Below, piece after piece: positions 12,095 to 25,125 of a stretch of 64,000 bases of DNA. Every line of letters begins with the position of its first letter. Position 1 is the stretch's first letter. Origin of the DNA: Glaucostegus cemiculus. Its lineage: Eukaryota. The notes under the pieces are model-generated. The model did no database searches, was not told the origin of the DNA, and worked only from the letters and a program-made list of their open reading frames with translations. The DNA lies in the NCBI GenBank assembly GCA_976551045.1, contig CDPCPM010000029.1:11780001-11844000 (forward strand), written 5' to 3'. The position numbers and the translations under genes were made by a program.

Positions 12095-12930
12095 TTTATT
12101 CATTTGAATGGATGTGGGCTTCGCAGGCTGAGCCGGCAGTTAATTGCCTGTCCCTAGTTGCCCCTTGAGAAGGTGGCGGTGAGCTGCTGCCTTGAACTGC
12201 TGTGGTCCTCAAGGTGTGGGTACACCCAAAATGCTGTCCCAGGTTTTTGACCCAGCGACGGTAAATGCATTTACAAGTCATGATGGTGTGTGGCTTGGAG
12301 GACAACTTCCAGGTGCTGGTGGTTCCATGCCTCTGCTGCCCTTGTCCTTCTGGTTGGTAGAGGTTGAGGGCTGAGAAGGTGCTCTCTAAGGAATCTTGGT
12401 GAGTTGCTGTAGATAATACAAATGGCTGCTATGTGTGTTGGTGGTGGAGTGAGTGAGTAGTTGTGGATGGGATGCCTATCTATGGCTGCTCTGTCCTGTA
12501 TAGTGTCTAGTTTCTTCCAGGCAAGTGGCGAGTATTCCATCACACTCCTGACTTGAGCTTTGTAGACGGTGGATAGACTTTGGGGAGTTGGGAGGTTATT
12601 TACTCACCACAGGATTCCTTGCCTCTGACTTGCTCTTGTAGCCACATTGTATATATGGCTACTCCATTTTCTGATCAATGGTAACCCCCAGGGTATTGAT
12701 AGTGATTCAGTGATGGTAATGCCATTGAATGTCATGGGGTGATATCTGGATTTTCTCTTGCTGGATATCGTTATTGCCTGGCACTTATGTGATGTGAACT
12801 TGCCACCTATCAGCCCAGGTCTTGCTGCATTTGGTTGTGGACTACTTCATTATCTGAGGAGTTGTGAATGATGCTGAACATTGTGCATTCATTGGTGAAC
12901 CTCCCAACTTCTGACTCTTTGACTGAATGT
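12095..12930 (-). mobile_element. Non-LTR retrotransposon 3' fragment (CR1/L2 superclade)
   Basis: Minus-strand remnant MEYSPLAWKKLDTIQDRAA. Same family as 8505-9200. Confidence 0.7.
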
Positions 12931-13734
12931 TGCTTTCTGGTCAAATGATAGGAGGTGCTAATGGTGGTGTGGGTAGATGATTATTTATAATAATCTCTGC
13001 TTTTCTGACTTCATAGCTTGTCAAAGTTCTCAATACTTCAAGAACTGCTAATGCGTCACTACAAAACAAGCACATGTTTATACTTTTACCAAGTGTTACA
13101 TCTTGTTATTCCCAAAGTTTTTCTTTTAAATTATAGTTCACAGCTTAAGTCTGTGGCTTGTATTGTGTTTTTTTGAAACTACAGACACATGCTGAGAAGT
13201 ACAATGTTGGATTTGTACGTAGAATATAGGGCACCCAAGTGTGATGCAGTATAAAGAGTATGCTTGTGTAACTATGGATTCTTATTTTTTCTTACAATGA
13301 ATTAACATCTCTTTTTACATTCAAAAGAAAACAGAAGTTCTGCCTTTTTTTTAAAGCTTTTAATGTTGATGATCCATCTTTTATACATAGATTATGTTGT
13401 TATCACACTTTCAAAAGCATCACTTGCAATATTGTTCAGGTGATGAGATGTCCATTTTGTGGACTTGGATGGAATTACGTTTATCAAATCTTTCATTCCT
13501 GTGATGAATAGGAACCTTGTAGATGTTTACAACCACCACACCATTTTTGGTTGTCGGTATCTCAGCATCCATTGTTTCTTTTTGTTGTGTATTTCAATAC
13601 TTCACCGTGTTATCTGTTTCATCTGGCATCCCCTCTAGTTCCTTGCAACTCCTCCAACACAAGAAGGCAGGTCTATCCCCATCTGTGATGCAGGATGTGC
13701 AGTTAACTTTACCCTTTCTGTGTCCCTCCGATAT

Positions 13735-13984
13735 TTTTTTTTAAAGTGTTTTTTTAAGTTTTATTTACAGCGTGGTAACAGGCCCTTTCGGCCCAACGAG
13801 TCTGCGCCGCCCATTTTAAACCCCCTACCTGTACGTCTTTGGAATGTGGGAGGAAACCGGAGCACCCGGAGGAAACCCACGCAGACACGGGAGAACGTAC
13901 AAACTCCTTACACTCAGTGACGGGAATCGAACCCTGATCGCTGGCGCTGTAACAGCGTCGCGCTGACTGCTATGCTATCGTGCA
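13735..13984 (-). mobile_element. Young tRNA-derived V-SINE (HE1-like) with CR1-type tail
   Basis: Near reverse complement of 53112-53366. B box GGTTCGATTCC on the - strand, V domain, CpGs retained, A-rich tail, possible GATAT duplication at 13730 and 13985. Confidence 0.88.
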
Positions 13985-14218
13985 GATATGAGTCACTCTG
14001 AGTTGTGGAATTTGACCTTCTCCAAGCATCACATTGCTTTATTTCAAGACATATTTTACTTCAGATTTTTTTTTCTGAAAACCTGAATGAAAGATTTTCT
14101 GTTATAACTGAGTGGCATGATGTCATTTTGCTGGTTGGTCCAGTTTTACCCTGGTGTCGAAGGCTCTGGGATTGCTTCTCACTTTTTACTCATATGGCTG
14201 GTAGTGTGGGTTTCATTT

Positions 14219-14677
14219 TGGCCGACCCTTCTCACCCCTCCCATCACCTCTTTACAATTTTGCCATCAGGGAGGAGGCTTAAATGTATCAGGGCAAGAAC
14301 GACCAGGCTGAACAATAGCTTCTTTCCGCAAGCCATCAGAACTGCAAACTCTCTCATCCCTCCATCTTCCTTTGTTAACACTAAGAGATGCTAGGTGCAC
14401 AGAAATGCACCAGCACTTTAAATGCCCGCCACCAGCCCGTTCACTTTAATAACTATTTATTTATTTACCGGCCATTTTTAATTTAATCTGCGTATTAATT
14501 TAATTTTAACTTCCGTAGTTTTTAATGTTTAATGTTTTTTAATGTTTATTCTGTTAAGTGTGTCTGTGTGTCTCTGTTGGTTGTTATTTAATGGGACGAG
14601 CACCTGAGGAGGACGGTATCTCGCTTCTATGCATACTATGTATGTATATGGTTGTGACAATAAAACTGATTCTGATT
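14219..14677 (+). mobile_element. Rex1/Babar LINE, 5'-truncated 3' end
   Basis: Encodes [40 protein letters not shown], followed by a 3' UTR ending AATAAAACTGATTCTGATT. Nearly identical to the reverse complement of about 25126-25591. Confidence 0.9.
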
Positions 14678-15609
14678 TCCCTGGGAGTTGCTGTGACCGG
14701 TCATTCCACATAAATGAATGGTTTCAACCTTCACCATGTCCTCAAACTCCATCATCTTCCAAGGTATGAAAATGTTGATTCTTTTTTCCAATATTTTGTT
14801 TTTGCTCTTCCTTGGCACTTCCTGCATAAACTTTAACTTTTGATTTGCACATGATCCCTGAATGGATTGAGCTGCTGTATCATCTGCAGTTTGATCAGCG
14901 CACAGGGCATCTTCTCCCCCTGTGAACACGACCGCAGTTCCTGCTTGGGCTCCATTCGGCCTGTATTTTCATTCCCTTCGTGTTTTCTAACTGCGATAAC
15001 CCTGCTTTTCCCGGGACTGATCTGAAGGTTGAAGCAAAAAAACCAGCAGATGCTGGAAATTTGAAACAAACTGCTATAAGTACTCAGCATGTCAGGCAAC
15101 ATTCTTGGGGAGAAAGCAAGTTAACATTTCAGGTCAACAATCCTGTTGATGAACCTGAAACATTGACTGTTTCTCTTTCCGCTGATGCTGCTCTGCTGCT
15201 GAGTGGTTACAATTTTGCTTTTATTTCTGCTCTAGAAATTGGCTGTTTGAGGAGTCAGCATCATGCATTCTGTGCTCTGCTTGTATCTTTAGCCATGGGC
15301 TGTATTGAGTTCATTCTTAATCATCAACCCATCTCTACATGTCTGGATATGATGAGCTCCAAATGAGTTGATCCTGAAGACTTTTGTCTATTTCCTTGAA
15401 TAGTAAAGAAACTGCGAAGAGGTTTGTGTGATTTCTGCCTCTGACTTTGGAACTCGTACTTTATTTCCTCTCAGCTGAAATTTTAGACTACTTTGTCAGG
15501 AGTTTTCCTGTCGGATTTAACTTACTTCCCAGTTACTGAAAGGAGTTCATCCTTTTTTTTCCCAGTCCAAAAAGAATGTAATTAACTTTCTCTTCATCAC
15601 TTGTGCCTT

Positions 15610-16050
15610 TCTTTTTTTATTATTCCAAGATGAGCTTTATTCATCATAAAAAAACAAACTATATACAACAATAAAACAGTGCAAACCTTTACATTTGTGT
15701 ATGGATCGATCATTAGTGTTACCTTTTTATACCGATGCCACTCATGTGGCTCCCTGAGGTGCTACCCCAATCCTGTATTTACAATATTTAAGGGGCTTTC
15801 TAACCTGACCCCGCCTCTCCCTCTCCAGTGGCAGAAGAACCCTAAACTGTAGTCCTTCCCTACCGAGCCCTTGCGCTGACTGCACCCAGCTTCGGTGCAT
15901 CCCTCAGCACAAACTCCTGCAGCCTGGAATGTGCCAGTCGGCAGCGTTCCCTTACGGACATCTTGCAGTGCTGGGAGACCAAAGGGTGTCTTTCACCGAG
16001 TTGATGACCTTCCAGCAGTAGTTGATGTCCGTCTCTTGTGCCTTTCTGAA
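15610..16050 (-). mobile_element. Tx1-clade (L1-like) LINE 3' fragment
   Basis: Minus-strand CRLAHSRLQEFVLRDAPKLGA resembles Tx1-type ORF2 C-termini. ATGAATAAA and an A-rich end lie at about 15610-15645 on the - strand. Confidence 0.65.
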
Positions 16051-19000
16051 AACCGTTACAATTCTTTTGCTTGAATTGTCTGAGCCGTTCCATGATGATG
16101 TCAGCGCCCCAGATCATTCACGGGTTGCAACTTTAGAGTCAGTGCGACCAACTTTCACAAACACTGTTCACCATGTCAGTGATTTTGCAATCACTGCAGG
16201 TTTTTCTTGGTTTTTAAAGAGTTAAATTCAGCATTACCATTAGTGCAGTATGGAATGATATTCACTAGATTGCTACTGCTACATTACATCTTGTTGTTCT
16301 CAGAATGCTCTTTCATTTTGTAGTTTAAGATTCAAATCTTACATCGTGATTGTCTACAGCTACAGGTCATATGCTGCCAATAGATACAGTGTGTGATTCC
16401 TACAGAAAATCTAGTGTAATAAATAATGTGATTGTGGTGATGTAGAACAATATGTACAAATAGTAAACTGACTGGAACAGTGCTGCATAGATTCCTATTC
16501 ATTCTTGCAGTAATATAACACCCAGCTTTTACTGCAGTTTTTTTGGTCATCCAGTTATATTCCATGAGAACATTAGAAGATAATTGGATGACTCTTTATA
16601 CCCTGCACCCCACACCTTCTTGGGAGGGTTGTGGGTGAAAGGTCGGGGGGAAGTAAGGAGAAGTTTCAGGATTTTTCTGTATATACATAAAAAAGAAACA
16701 AAGATCTCTATGTCTGTCCATGTTCCTTGTATTACATGTTATACAATTCAGATCCTAACAAAAAGGTACTGTATCTTACTTTAGCATACTGATTCAAGCA
16801 GGATATGCTTGTGAATTTAGCTTGGATATGACTGGATGTTTACTAAACTAAATGTGGGGGTCAATTAATGAAATTCCAGCTGCTGGCGTGTAACATTGTG
16901 GTGAAATTATAAGAGGCCTCTATCATTGGCAGTGCCTTTTGAATCCACTCGCAAAGGCCTGGTGAATCAGAGAATTCCTTTGATTTCTTTACTCTCTCCC
17001 ACATCCTGTGCTACCATCTTCAGTAAGTTTCGGTTGCCTTTTGATATAACATGTCAATAATCATCAGATATTCAGCCGATTTTGTTTTTTTAATAACTGC
17101 CTTTTTAACTTGAGTATTTGTTACCAAGAAGATAATACGTCCCTGGGTGTAACAAAATCATTCCTGTTGGATTTGCTTTCACTCTTGAGCTGAACATGAA
17201 GGGTGGTACCTGGACCCTAACATCCTGATCTGTATGTCTATGTTTTGTTGGCTCAGCTTCAGCCAGATACAAGCCATGCGCTGCTCTTTACATTTAGATC
17301 AAAACAGTTTATAACAGAGAAAAAAGACAGAACAGTGAAAGCAAAGCCAATAACAATCGTTTTGTGAATGGGCGCTGCTGGAGTTAAGCATCACCCACCA
17401 GGGTCTTCTATCAGGAAACCTCAACCATGCTGCCTGCAGAAGATCAATGGAATTAACAAATTAAGGGAAACTTGCCTATGTCTTCTGATCCTCGGGAAGA
17501 ACTAGGTCAGTTTGTGTTCTGTTGCGAATTGCAGTTGTGCAGGTGATGCGATGTCTGCACCAGATGTGCATGTAACGATGATCCAAAATGCCCTGTTCCT
17601 TGGGCAGTCACGGTTCAAGTAAAGTTTTAGTGGTATTTCTTGTTCTGCAGCAGCCTGATTTGAAGGTGGCCTCCCTAAGCAGATTCCAGGTCATTAAGGT
17701 TTCCTTTAATTTGTGTGCTTGCTTGGTGTCTATTTTGGGTCATCCCTCTCCCCTCCCCCAGCAGTTGCAACTTCCCATTTCCCTAGCTCGTGACTCTCAC
17801 CAATCTCTCTCATTTTGGCACCCTCCACTATCACTTCACCTTCCTGCCAACGCCTGACTCATACCCACCTTCTCCACCCCCAAATTGTCAATCATTAAAG
17901 AAGCACCACCGCGCAGTGATGAGGACTTCCTTCTGTGCAGGTTGTTGATGAATTTTTTAACTGAATTTTGGTAATATAAATATCGTGTGCATATACCCAA
18001 AGTCCGCCAGTGCCTCAGTTGGTTTGATCCAGAGTGATGTTCACATTGGACGCAGGACACAAAATGTTGAAGTCAGGTGGCAGTATCTATTTAGGGAATA
18101 AATCCACCAAAAAGGCTTGGAAGCCACAGAGCACGTTCAGCACTTCGTATTGAGTGTGTTTTAAGTTACAGGACTATTAGCCAGGGGTTGGATTTCATCA
18201 GGGATATTAGTTTAAATCCCACTGAGGACATTAGGAAACTTAAATTCCAGGTAAGAAAATAAATCTGGAATTAAAAAGCTAACATCAGTAAAGGAGGCCA
18301 TAAAACTACCAGTGGGTTTTTAACATTGCTCTGTTTCACAAATGTCCTTCAAAGGAAGAAAGAAAATCCTGCCTTCCACACCCAGACTGGACTGCATGCA
18401 AGTTCTGTTTTCACAGCAATGTGAGCGACTCTTATCTGTTGCTTGAAATGGCCCAGCAGACCATTCAGGTCAATGAGCAATCAGGGACCAGTCAGTGTTG
18501 GCCTGACATCCACATTCCTTGAAAGAATGAAACAAAATCTGTATGAGCAGGATCCTGAGTGTTCACTGGTGCAGTTGAATGCTGAGGATGATTCCCAAAG
18601 CTTCATCCTTTTTAGAATGTGTAAAGAGAGCAGTGGCTCGTTGTGCAACCGTATCCTCTGTTGACAAACTGCACAAGGGCTGAGTGACTCTACAGAAAAC
18701 AAAATGTATTTCCTTTTCCCTGAGAGTGGGAGGACATACTGCTTTCTCTTGCTGTTTTCCCCTGGGTTCCTGACAGTTAAGAATCCGAAGTCAGGTCAAA
18801 TGTTTATGTCAGCACTTTACTAAACACTGCAGCAAGTGAATCCGCTTTCAAAAACTTAGTGATTGGTGATTGTACGTGTGTGTCTGTGTTGGCAAAACAT
18901 TTGAAGTTTCAAGCTCCTCACAGATTTGATCACGGAACCTTGACCAATATATTGGTACATTACGGAAGAAGTGCTGCATTGCTGCAAGTGTGGCCTATCA

Positions 19001-20146
19001 GATGAAACATTAAACTAAGGCCGCCTTGTTCCTGTGCAAGTATTAGATCCCATGGGAATAGTTTAAAAAGATATTGTCAAATGTTATTGGTCAGATGAAA
19101 AAACAGATTATCTGATCGCCCATTCAATCAAGTCTTTGTCCTGTATACAAACCATCACTGTAAAATGCTTCTGATGTTCCAAAGGCATGAATGGCACAAT
19201 GTGAATGCAGCTTCATCTGTCACCAAGATGCTATCTGTCTTCTCTTTCTTCTCAGCGAATCATGACCTTCTCAAGTGCACAATAGCAAGCCCCTTGTACC
19301 ACATAACATTCCAGCAAAGAGCAATGGGCCTGAAACTCCTCTTGTATCCTGGGTTCCACTTGGGGGGAGGGGTCAAGGTGAAAGAAAGAAATTAGCCTGT
19401 GCAGATTTATTTGCATGCCGCTTTCCCACCTGTTCCAACTTTGTTTAGTGAAAGTAAAATGTGTTGAGTAAACTTTTTAACATGTTTTAAAGTTGTTCAT
19501 CTTCGTAGTTGTTACAAATTAATTAAAGTTAGAATGATTCATTTTTAAGCTTTGAATTCCACCTTGTATAGTGGATTTGAGATTTTGTGTGTGTGGGTAT
19601 ATGTTGGTGGGGGGAGAGGCAGCTCTATTATTTACCAGACTTGAAACATTGATAACAAGGAATTGGAATTGTTAACTCTAATTTTTTGCAGCATTGTACA
19701 AATGTATTTGTGATGCTGATTACACTGGATGCCATATTGGAAGAGGACAATAGTTTGTGCAACGAAAGGGTGACGACAGCATGTAGAGCAGTTTGATTGT
19801 GACATTAATAAATGTGTAATGGTAATTTGACACTTGAGCTGGCATTTTGCTGATCAACAGACCAGGGAACACCCCCTTGCATGGCTAAATATGTGCTCAG
19901 AAACAGAAATGACTGTGAGAATTGAAAGTTTCACCATGTTACAGGGTGCTATTAATGTGTGCACATTGCTCTCCCCACCTCTCACATGTCAACTCTGCCC
20001 TCTAGCAGGATCAAAGGAGATTCCAGTCTATGTTCAGCTGGTCTCTGACTGGAGGCAGCAAATGATGTGGATTAGTACACAGTATCCTGTTGCAGAGGTG
20101 ATGCCTTCGTCCTGTGGCAGACCATCATGCTAACGGCATCTGACCC

Positions 20147-20458
20147 ATAAGATATCTTTATTAGTCACAAGTACATCAAAACCCACAGTGAAATGTATCT
20201 TTGCATAGAGTGTTATGGGGGCAGCCCGCAAGTGTCGCCACGCTTCCAGCCAACATAGCATGCCCACAACTTCCTAACCTGTACGTCTTTGGAATGTGGG
20301 AGGAAACTGGAGCACCTGGAGGAAACCCATGCAGACACGGGGAGATCGTACAAGCTCCTTACAGGCAGTGGCCGGAATTGAACCTGAATTGCTGGTGCTG
20401 TAAAGCGTTAAGCTGACCGCATCACTACCATGCCTGCCCTTACGCCACCGTGCCTGCC
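20147..20458 (-). mobile_element. V-SINE subfamily with alternative 3' tail
   Basis: V domain and tRNA-like head. Tail reads GTGACTAATAAAGATATCTTAT on the - strand. Same subfamily as 54591-54867. Confidence 0.85.
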
Positions 20459-20849
20459 TGCAGATCGATGAGGCTTATCAATTTAACAGCCCAACTTTCA
20501 CATGTGGCGTGCTTACAACAAAAGCCATGAGATCTGGTAGAAACCGGCTATTAGCATTCTGAGACTGTGGTTCTTCAGTGGTCTTGAGTGCTTGACAGGA
20601 CTTGGCAGACCCAACGTCAGGGTAGGTTCTAACTGGCTTTGTGCTGCAGAATTTCGTAGTTATAAGGGGGCAGCTAATCTTTATTCCTGTGAGCAACTGA
20701 AGAACAAGTGTAATGGAGTAGAGAAATCTTCAGACAGCATTTGTATTCGTTCATACCTATAATTCCAACCCTAATTCCCACTCTCTAACACTCTGATGTC
20801 TTACCTTCTACCTATTGCTAACTACCGGTATTTAAATAGTAAGAAATAC

Positions 20850-22470
20850 AAGAAAAGGGAAGAAATCCAGTTGGGACCAAAGAGAGGCATAGAGGCAGAA
20901 TACTGAATGAGGATGTTGCCAAAACCTTGGTAGAAGGAGTGAATGCAGGGATAATTAATGGAGTGAAAATTGATGAGAGAAGATTCTAGAAAGGTTGCCT
21001 ATGCTCAAACGTAAACCAGTCACTTGCATTGGATAGAATGCATCCTAAGTTGCTGAAGGAAGTGGGAATGCAGATTGCAGGATGGGTTGCTTTCCTACCC
21101 ACTTATTTGTTACATGGAGGAGCTAGAGGACTGGAAAACTGCAATGCAACACATTGTTCAGCAGGGATTTGAAGAGTGTAACCAGCAGTAGGCTGGTAAT
21201 TTTACCCTTGTTCATGAGGAAGGACTTGTGTTAATAAAGGATAACCAAGTTAGATTTGTTTGACTAAGCTGGGTATTTTTTTCAATGAGACAACAAAGTT
21301 GATGAAGGAACTTTAGTAGAAGTTGTCTCAGATCTTCAAAAGGTATTTGATGAAGTCTCATACAAAGGGGCAGTTAGCAAAACCACCAAGTGGAACAAAT
21401 GGGTCAGTGGCAACGAAACTGGCTTCGTTATAGAAAGTAGAAGAGTATTGGTCACCTGTTTTTCAGGTGAAGGATTGTAGATTGTGTCCCCCAGGGGTCA
21501 GTGCTGGGACTGCTGTTTTCTGATATGTACTAATGTCTTGGATATGGGTATGAAGGGGTAAAATTTTTAGATTTGCTGAGGGCACAAAACCCTTGGTATG
21601 GTTAATAATGAGGTGGTAGTAATACATTGCAAGAGAGCAGTTAGTCTGGCAGAACGGACAGACAAGTGGTGGATGAAATTTAATCCAGGGAGATGTGAAT
21701 TGAAAGATCAAAGAGAAATAATGTAGCAGATGAGGCATAGTTCTACCATGTGTGCCAAAACAGAGACCTGAGCGTCCGTTTGCATAACTGTTGAAAGGTG
21801 ACAAGAGATGTCGAGGTTTGCAAACCAAGAGCTCCTTGGCTTCGTAGACGGGCATAGATTTTGTAAATGGGGAAGTAATATTGTATCTTTATAAAATGCT
21901 GTTGAGACCACAAGTGGAGAAATGTGTCTCTGGACACTAGACATCAGAAGGAGGCAAAGGTCCTGGACAATATGCGGAAGAAATATAAGAATAAAGATTC
22001 TGGAAACGATAAATTTCAGCTGCAGGGCTAGACTGGAGAAGCTGTGGGTGTTCTTGAAGCAACAAAGGTTGAGGGAGATGTATTCACAAGATAATGGAGC
22101 AGAAGCAGGCCAGTCGGCCCATCGAGTTGGCCCATCATGTATTAGATGTAACACACCAGGATCGTGTCTTCCTTGGTGTGGATGAAGGCTGTTCCCATCA
22201 GCGATAGTTCAAAGACTTGGAAAGAAAAATTTAAAGTGATAACCAAAAGATAAAGTGGCGATTAGAAGGGCAATGTAAGGAGTAACTTCTCTGTAGACCA
22301 GAGAACAGTTGTGATCTAGAGTAAAAACTGAGAATGTTAGAAATACACAGCAATTCGAGCAGTATTGTGGGGAGAGAAACCAAGTTAACTTTTCAGATCA
22401 GTGACATTTCATCAGAATTAATTGCCAGTAAGGGTGATGGAGTCAATTGGGGCTTTCAAAATGGAATCAA
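20850..22470 (+). mobile_element. Highly degenerate CR1 LINE (RT region and 3' part)
   Basis: Remnants gatcttcaaaaggtatttgatgaagt (DFQKAFDKV-like), gtcccccaggggtcagtgctgggac (VPQGSVLG) and agatttgctgag (KFADD-like), with many stops. Confidence 0.75.
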
Positions 22471-23249
22471 GAGGATGTATTGAGATGTATTCTGTCACTG
22501 AGTGAACTCTGTGCCAGACATCTGTGAGGTCATGTGGTCACTTCGGGCATTTACATTGTCTGGAGGATTTCAGTGATGTTCAGCCATAAAGCAGCAAACA
22601 AGACTGTATATGCCTAAACTCTGAATGTGATGTGGTGACTTTAACTAACTTTTAGCTTAACAATTTAATTTCTCTTCACTACCGACTCCAGTACACCCAT
22701 TAATTAAAAGAGTAAGTACTGCATGGGAAGCAAAAGAGAGATACCACAGGAAGCAAGTAAATCCAAAGGGCATCTGAGAGGTTTAGAGTGGGAACTAGAT
22801 GCGCTGGGTTTCTGTTCTGTCTTAAAATGCATCCCAGAATAACCCTGTGATGTGAAGTGAAGACTTTTCAATAACCAGTCTGAGGGCTTATTGTCAACAG
22901 GAAATCATGGCCTGACTAAAATTGTGAAACTTCCCCTCTGAATTTCTGGCTTTCTAAAGTACACCAGCATAATTCAGGCTTGCTGGAAGACTAAGTGCCA
23001 AATACAAGTAGAGTCTTGTATCAAATTGCACAAGTTGTTCGGTAGGAAATGGTTCTTTTTATTTTTACTTTCACTGCAGACTACAAGGGGTAGGTTGGGT
23101 CCCCCTTGAGTGGATTCTGGCCAGTGATGTTTGGGTAACTAGTTAGAAAGTTGCAAAATGGGGATCCAGTAAAAGTTGGATGGTAACGATTCAGAGAAAC
23201 GCACACTGTTGCTTGAACAGTGCTTCATAAGGCAGCACTGATGAAGAAC

Positions 23250-23580
23250 TGGCACAGTGGTGAAGCTAGCAGTGCCACTACCTCACAGCACTAAAGACCT
23301 GGGTTCAATCTTGACCTCAGATGCTGACTGTGTGGAGTTTGCACGTTCTCCCTGTTTCTGCTTGGGTTTCCTCCGGATGTTCCAGTTTCCTCCCACGTTC
23401 CAAAGACGTGTAGGTTGGTAGGTTCATTGGTCAGTGTAAATTTATCCTGAGTGTGTTAGCAAGTGGTAAAATGTGGGGAGAATAATAAAAAAAGAGATTA
23501 ATATAGGATCATTGTGGGTGCTTGATAGTCAGTATGGACTCATTGGGACTAAAGGGCCTGTTTCCATGCTGTATCTCTCT
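23250..23580 (+). mobile_element. V-SINE, full length, older
   Basis: Head ggcacagtgg, B box gggttcaatc, V domain gggtttcctccggatgttccagtttcctcccac, CR1-type tail aaagggcctgtttccatgctgtatct. Confidence 0.85.
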
Positions 23581-24708
23581 AAGAAGCTGACCCTGCTAGT
23601 GGTTTGCACCAACAGAGCTGTGTCTCCTTTCATCTGTAACAACAATGATACCAAAGGAATCATTGAGTCCTGAAGCCCAGTTTTGCTGTAAAACTGTACC
23701 CTCTAGAGCCAGAAGATCCTACTTTTGTGGAGAAAGTAATCATAGCTTTCAATTTTTTTTTTCACCATCTTTTCCATCTGGTGATTTCTGGTTCATTTAA
23801 TCAACTAGTGGGAAAGTGATGTCAATCCAAATTTTTTTAAAAACCTGGAAATAGAGTCATACAGCAGGGAACCAGGCCCTTTGGCCCAACTCTTCCATGC
23901 TGACCATGGTGCCCACCAAGCTAGTCCTGTTTTGCCCACATTTGGCCCATATTCTTCTCAACCCCTCCTACCCACGTACTTATCCAAATGTCTGTTAGAT
24001 GTCAGTATTGTACCTTCCTCAACTACTTCTGTAATAAAAACAGAAAATGCTTGAAAAACTCAATAGGTCAGGCAGCATCTGTGGAGATACAATGGTCAGC
24101 CCTTCCTCTGAAATGGGATGGAGAAAAATACGTGTCGGCCATGATGACTGTTTATCCTTGATCAAAATGGAGAGAAATAAATAAATGCACTCTAAGTTTC
24201 CACCAAGCATGAAATTCCAGGTGCTGTTGATCAGTTTAGTACTCCAAGTATTAATCTCTATTTCATTTAATACAAAGGAATTTTACTCCCTGAAATATTA
24301 CCTATTTGTTTACATGAATGTCAACCGTGATGGCAGAGCACGCCATATTACTACTCCGAAAGGCTGAGAGTGTCAGCCATGGCTTGAAGTAGGTCTCTCA
24401 CCTTGGGATTCCGGAGTCCATGGAGTTTAGTCTCACTTAAGCACAGGATCTAGCCTGGCACATCCAGGCAATACAGAGGGAATGTCGCATGGTCAGAACT
24501 GTCACCATCTGGACAAAACATTACATTAAAGCCCCAGATGTATCTATAATTTGCTTTAGTGTAGTAGCTTAAGGATAAATTTTAGCTAGGTAAACCAGCC
24601 TATTCCTTTGAATATTGTCATGGGATATTATAGGTCCCTTTATTCAAAGATCGTGACTCTATCACAGCAATTCCTCAGCACTGCATTGAATTGCTAACCT
24701 AAATAGAA

Positions 24709-25102
24709 CAGAGACACAAGAAATTCTGCAGATTTTGGAATCTGGAGCAATATACAAAAAGTGCTGGAGGAACTCAGCAGGTCAGGCAGCATCCAAGGAA
24801 GGAAATAAACAGTCAATGTTTTGGGCTGAGATCCTTCATCAGGACTGGAAAGGAAGAGGGCAGAAGCCAGAATAAGAAGGTTGAGGGGGAGGAACACACA
24901 CAAGCAGGGGATAGGGGAGTTCAGGTGACAGGCGAGTCCCACCCACTACCTTCCCCTCTCACCTGGACTTGCCTATCATCTGAACTCACCTATCCCCTGC
25001 CTGTGTGTGCTCCTCCCCCTCCCCCCACCACCTTATTCTGGCTTCTGCCATCTTCCTTTCCAGTCCTGATGAAGAGTCTCAGCCCGAAACGTTGACTCTT
25101 TA
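24709..25102. mobile_element. Penelope-like foldback insertion with 14-bp TSD
   Basis: TAACCTAAATAGAA at 24695-24708 and 25103-25116. Inverted arms about 24811-24943 and 24965-25097, each containing a hammerhead motif. Confidence 0.8.
25061..25097 (+). ncRNA. Minimal type I hammerhead ribozyme motif, core intact, stem II mismatch
   Basis: CAGTC-CTGATGA-A-GAG-TCTCAG-CCC-GAAA-CGT-T-GACT. Confidence 0.65.
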
Positions 25103-25125
25103 TAACCTAAATAGAATGTGTGTTT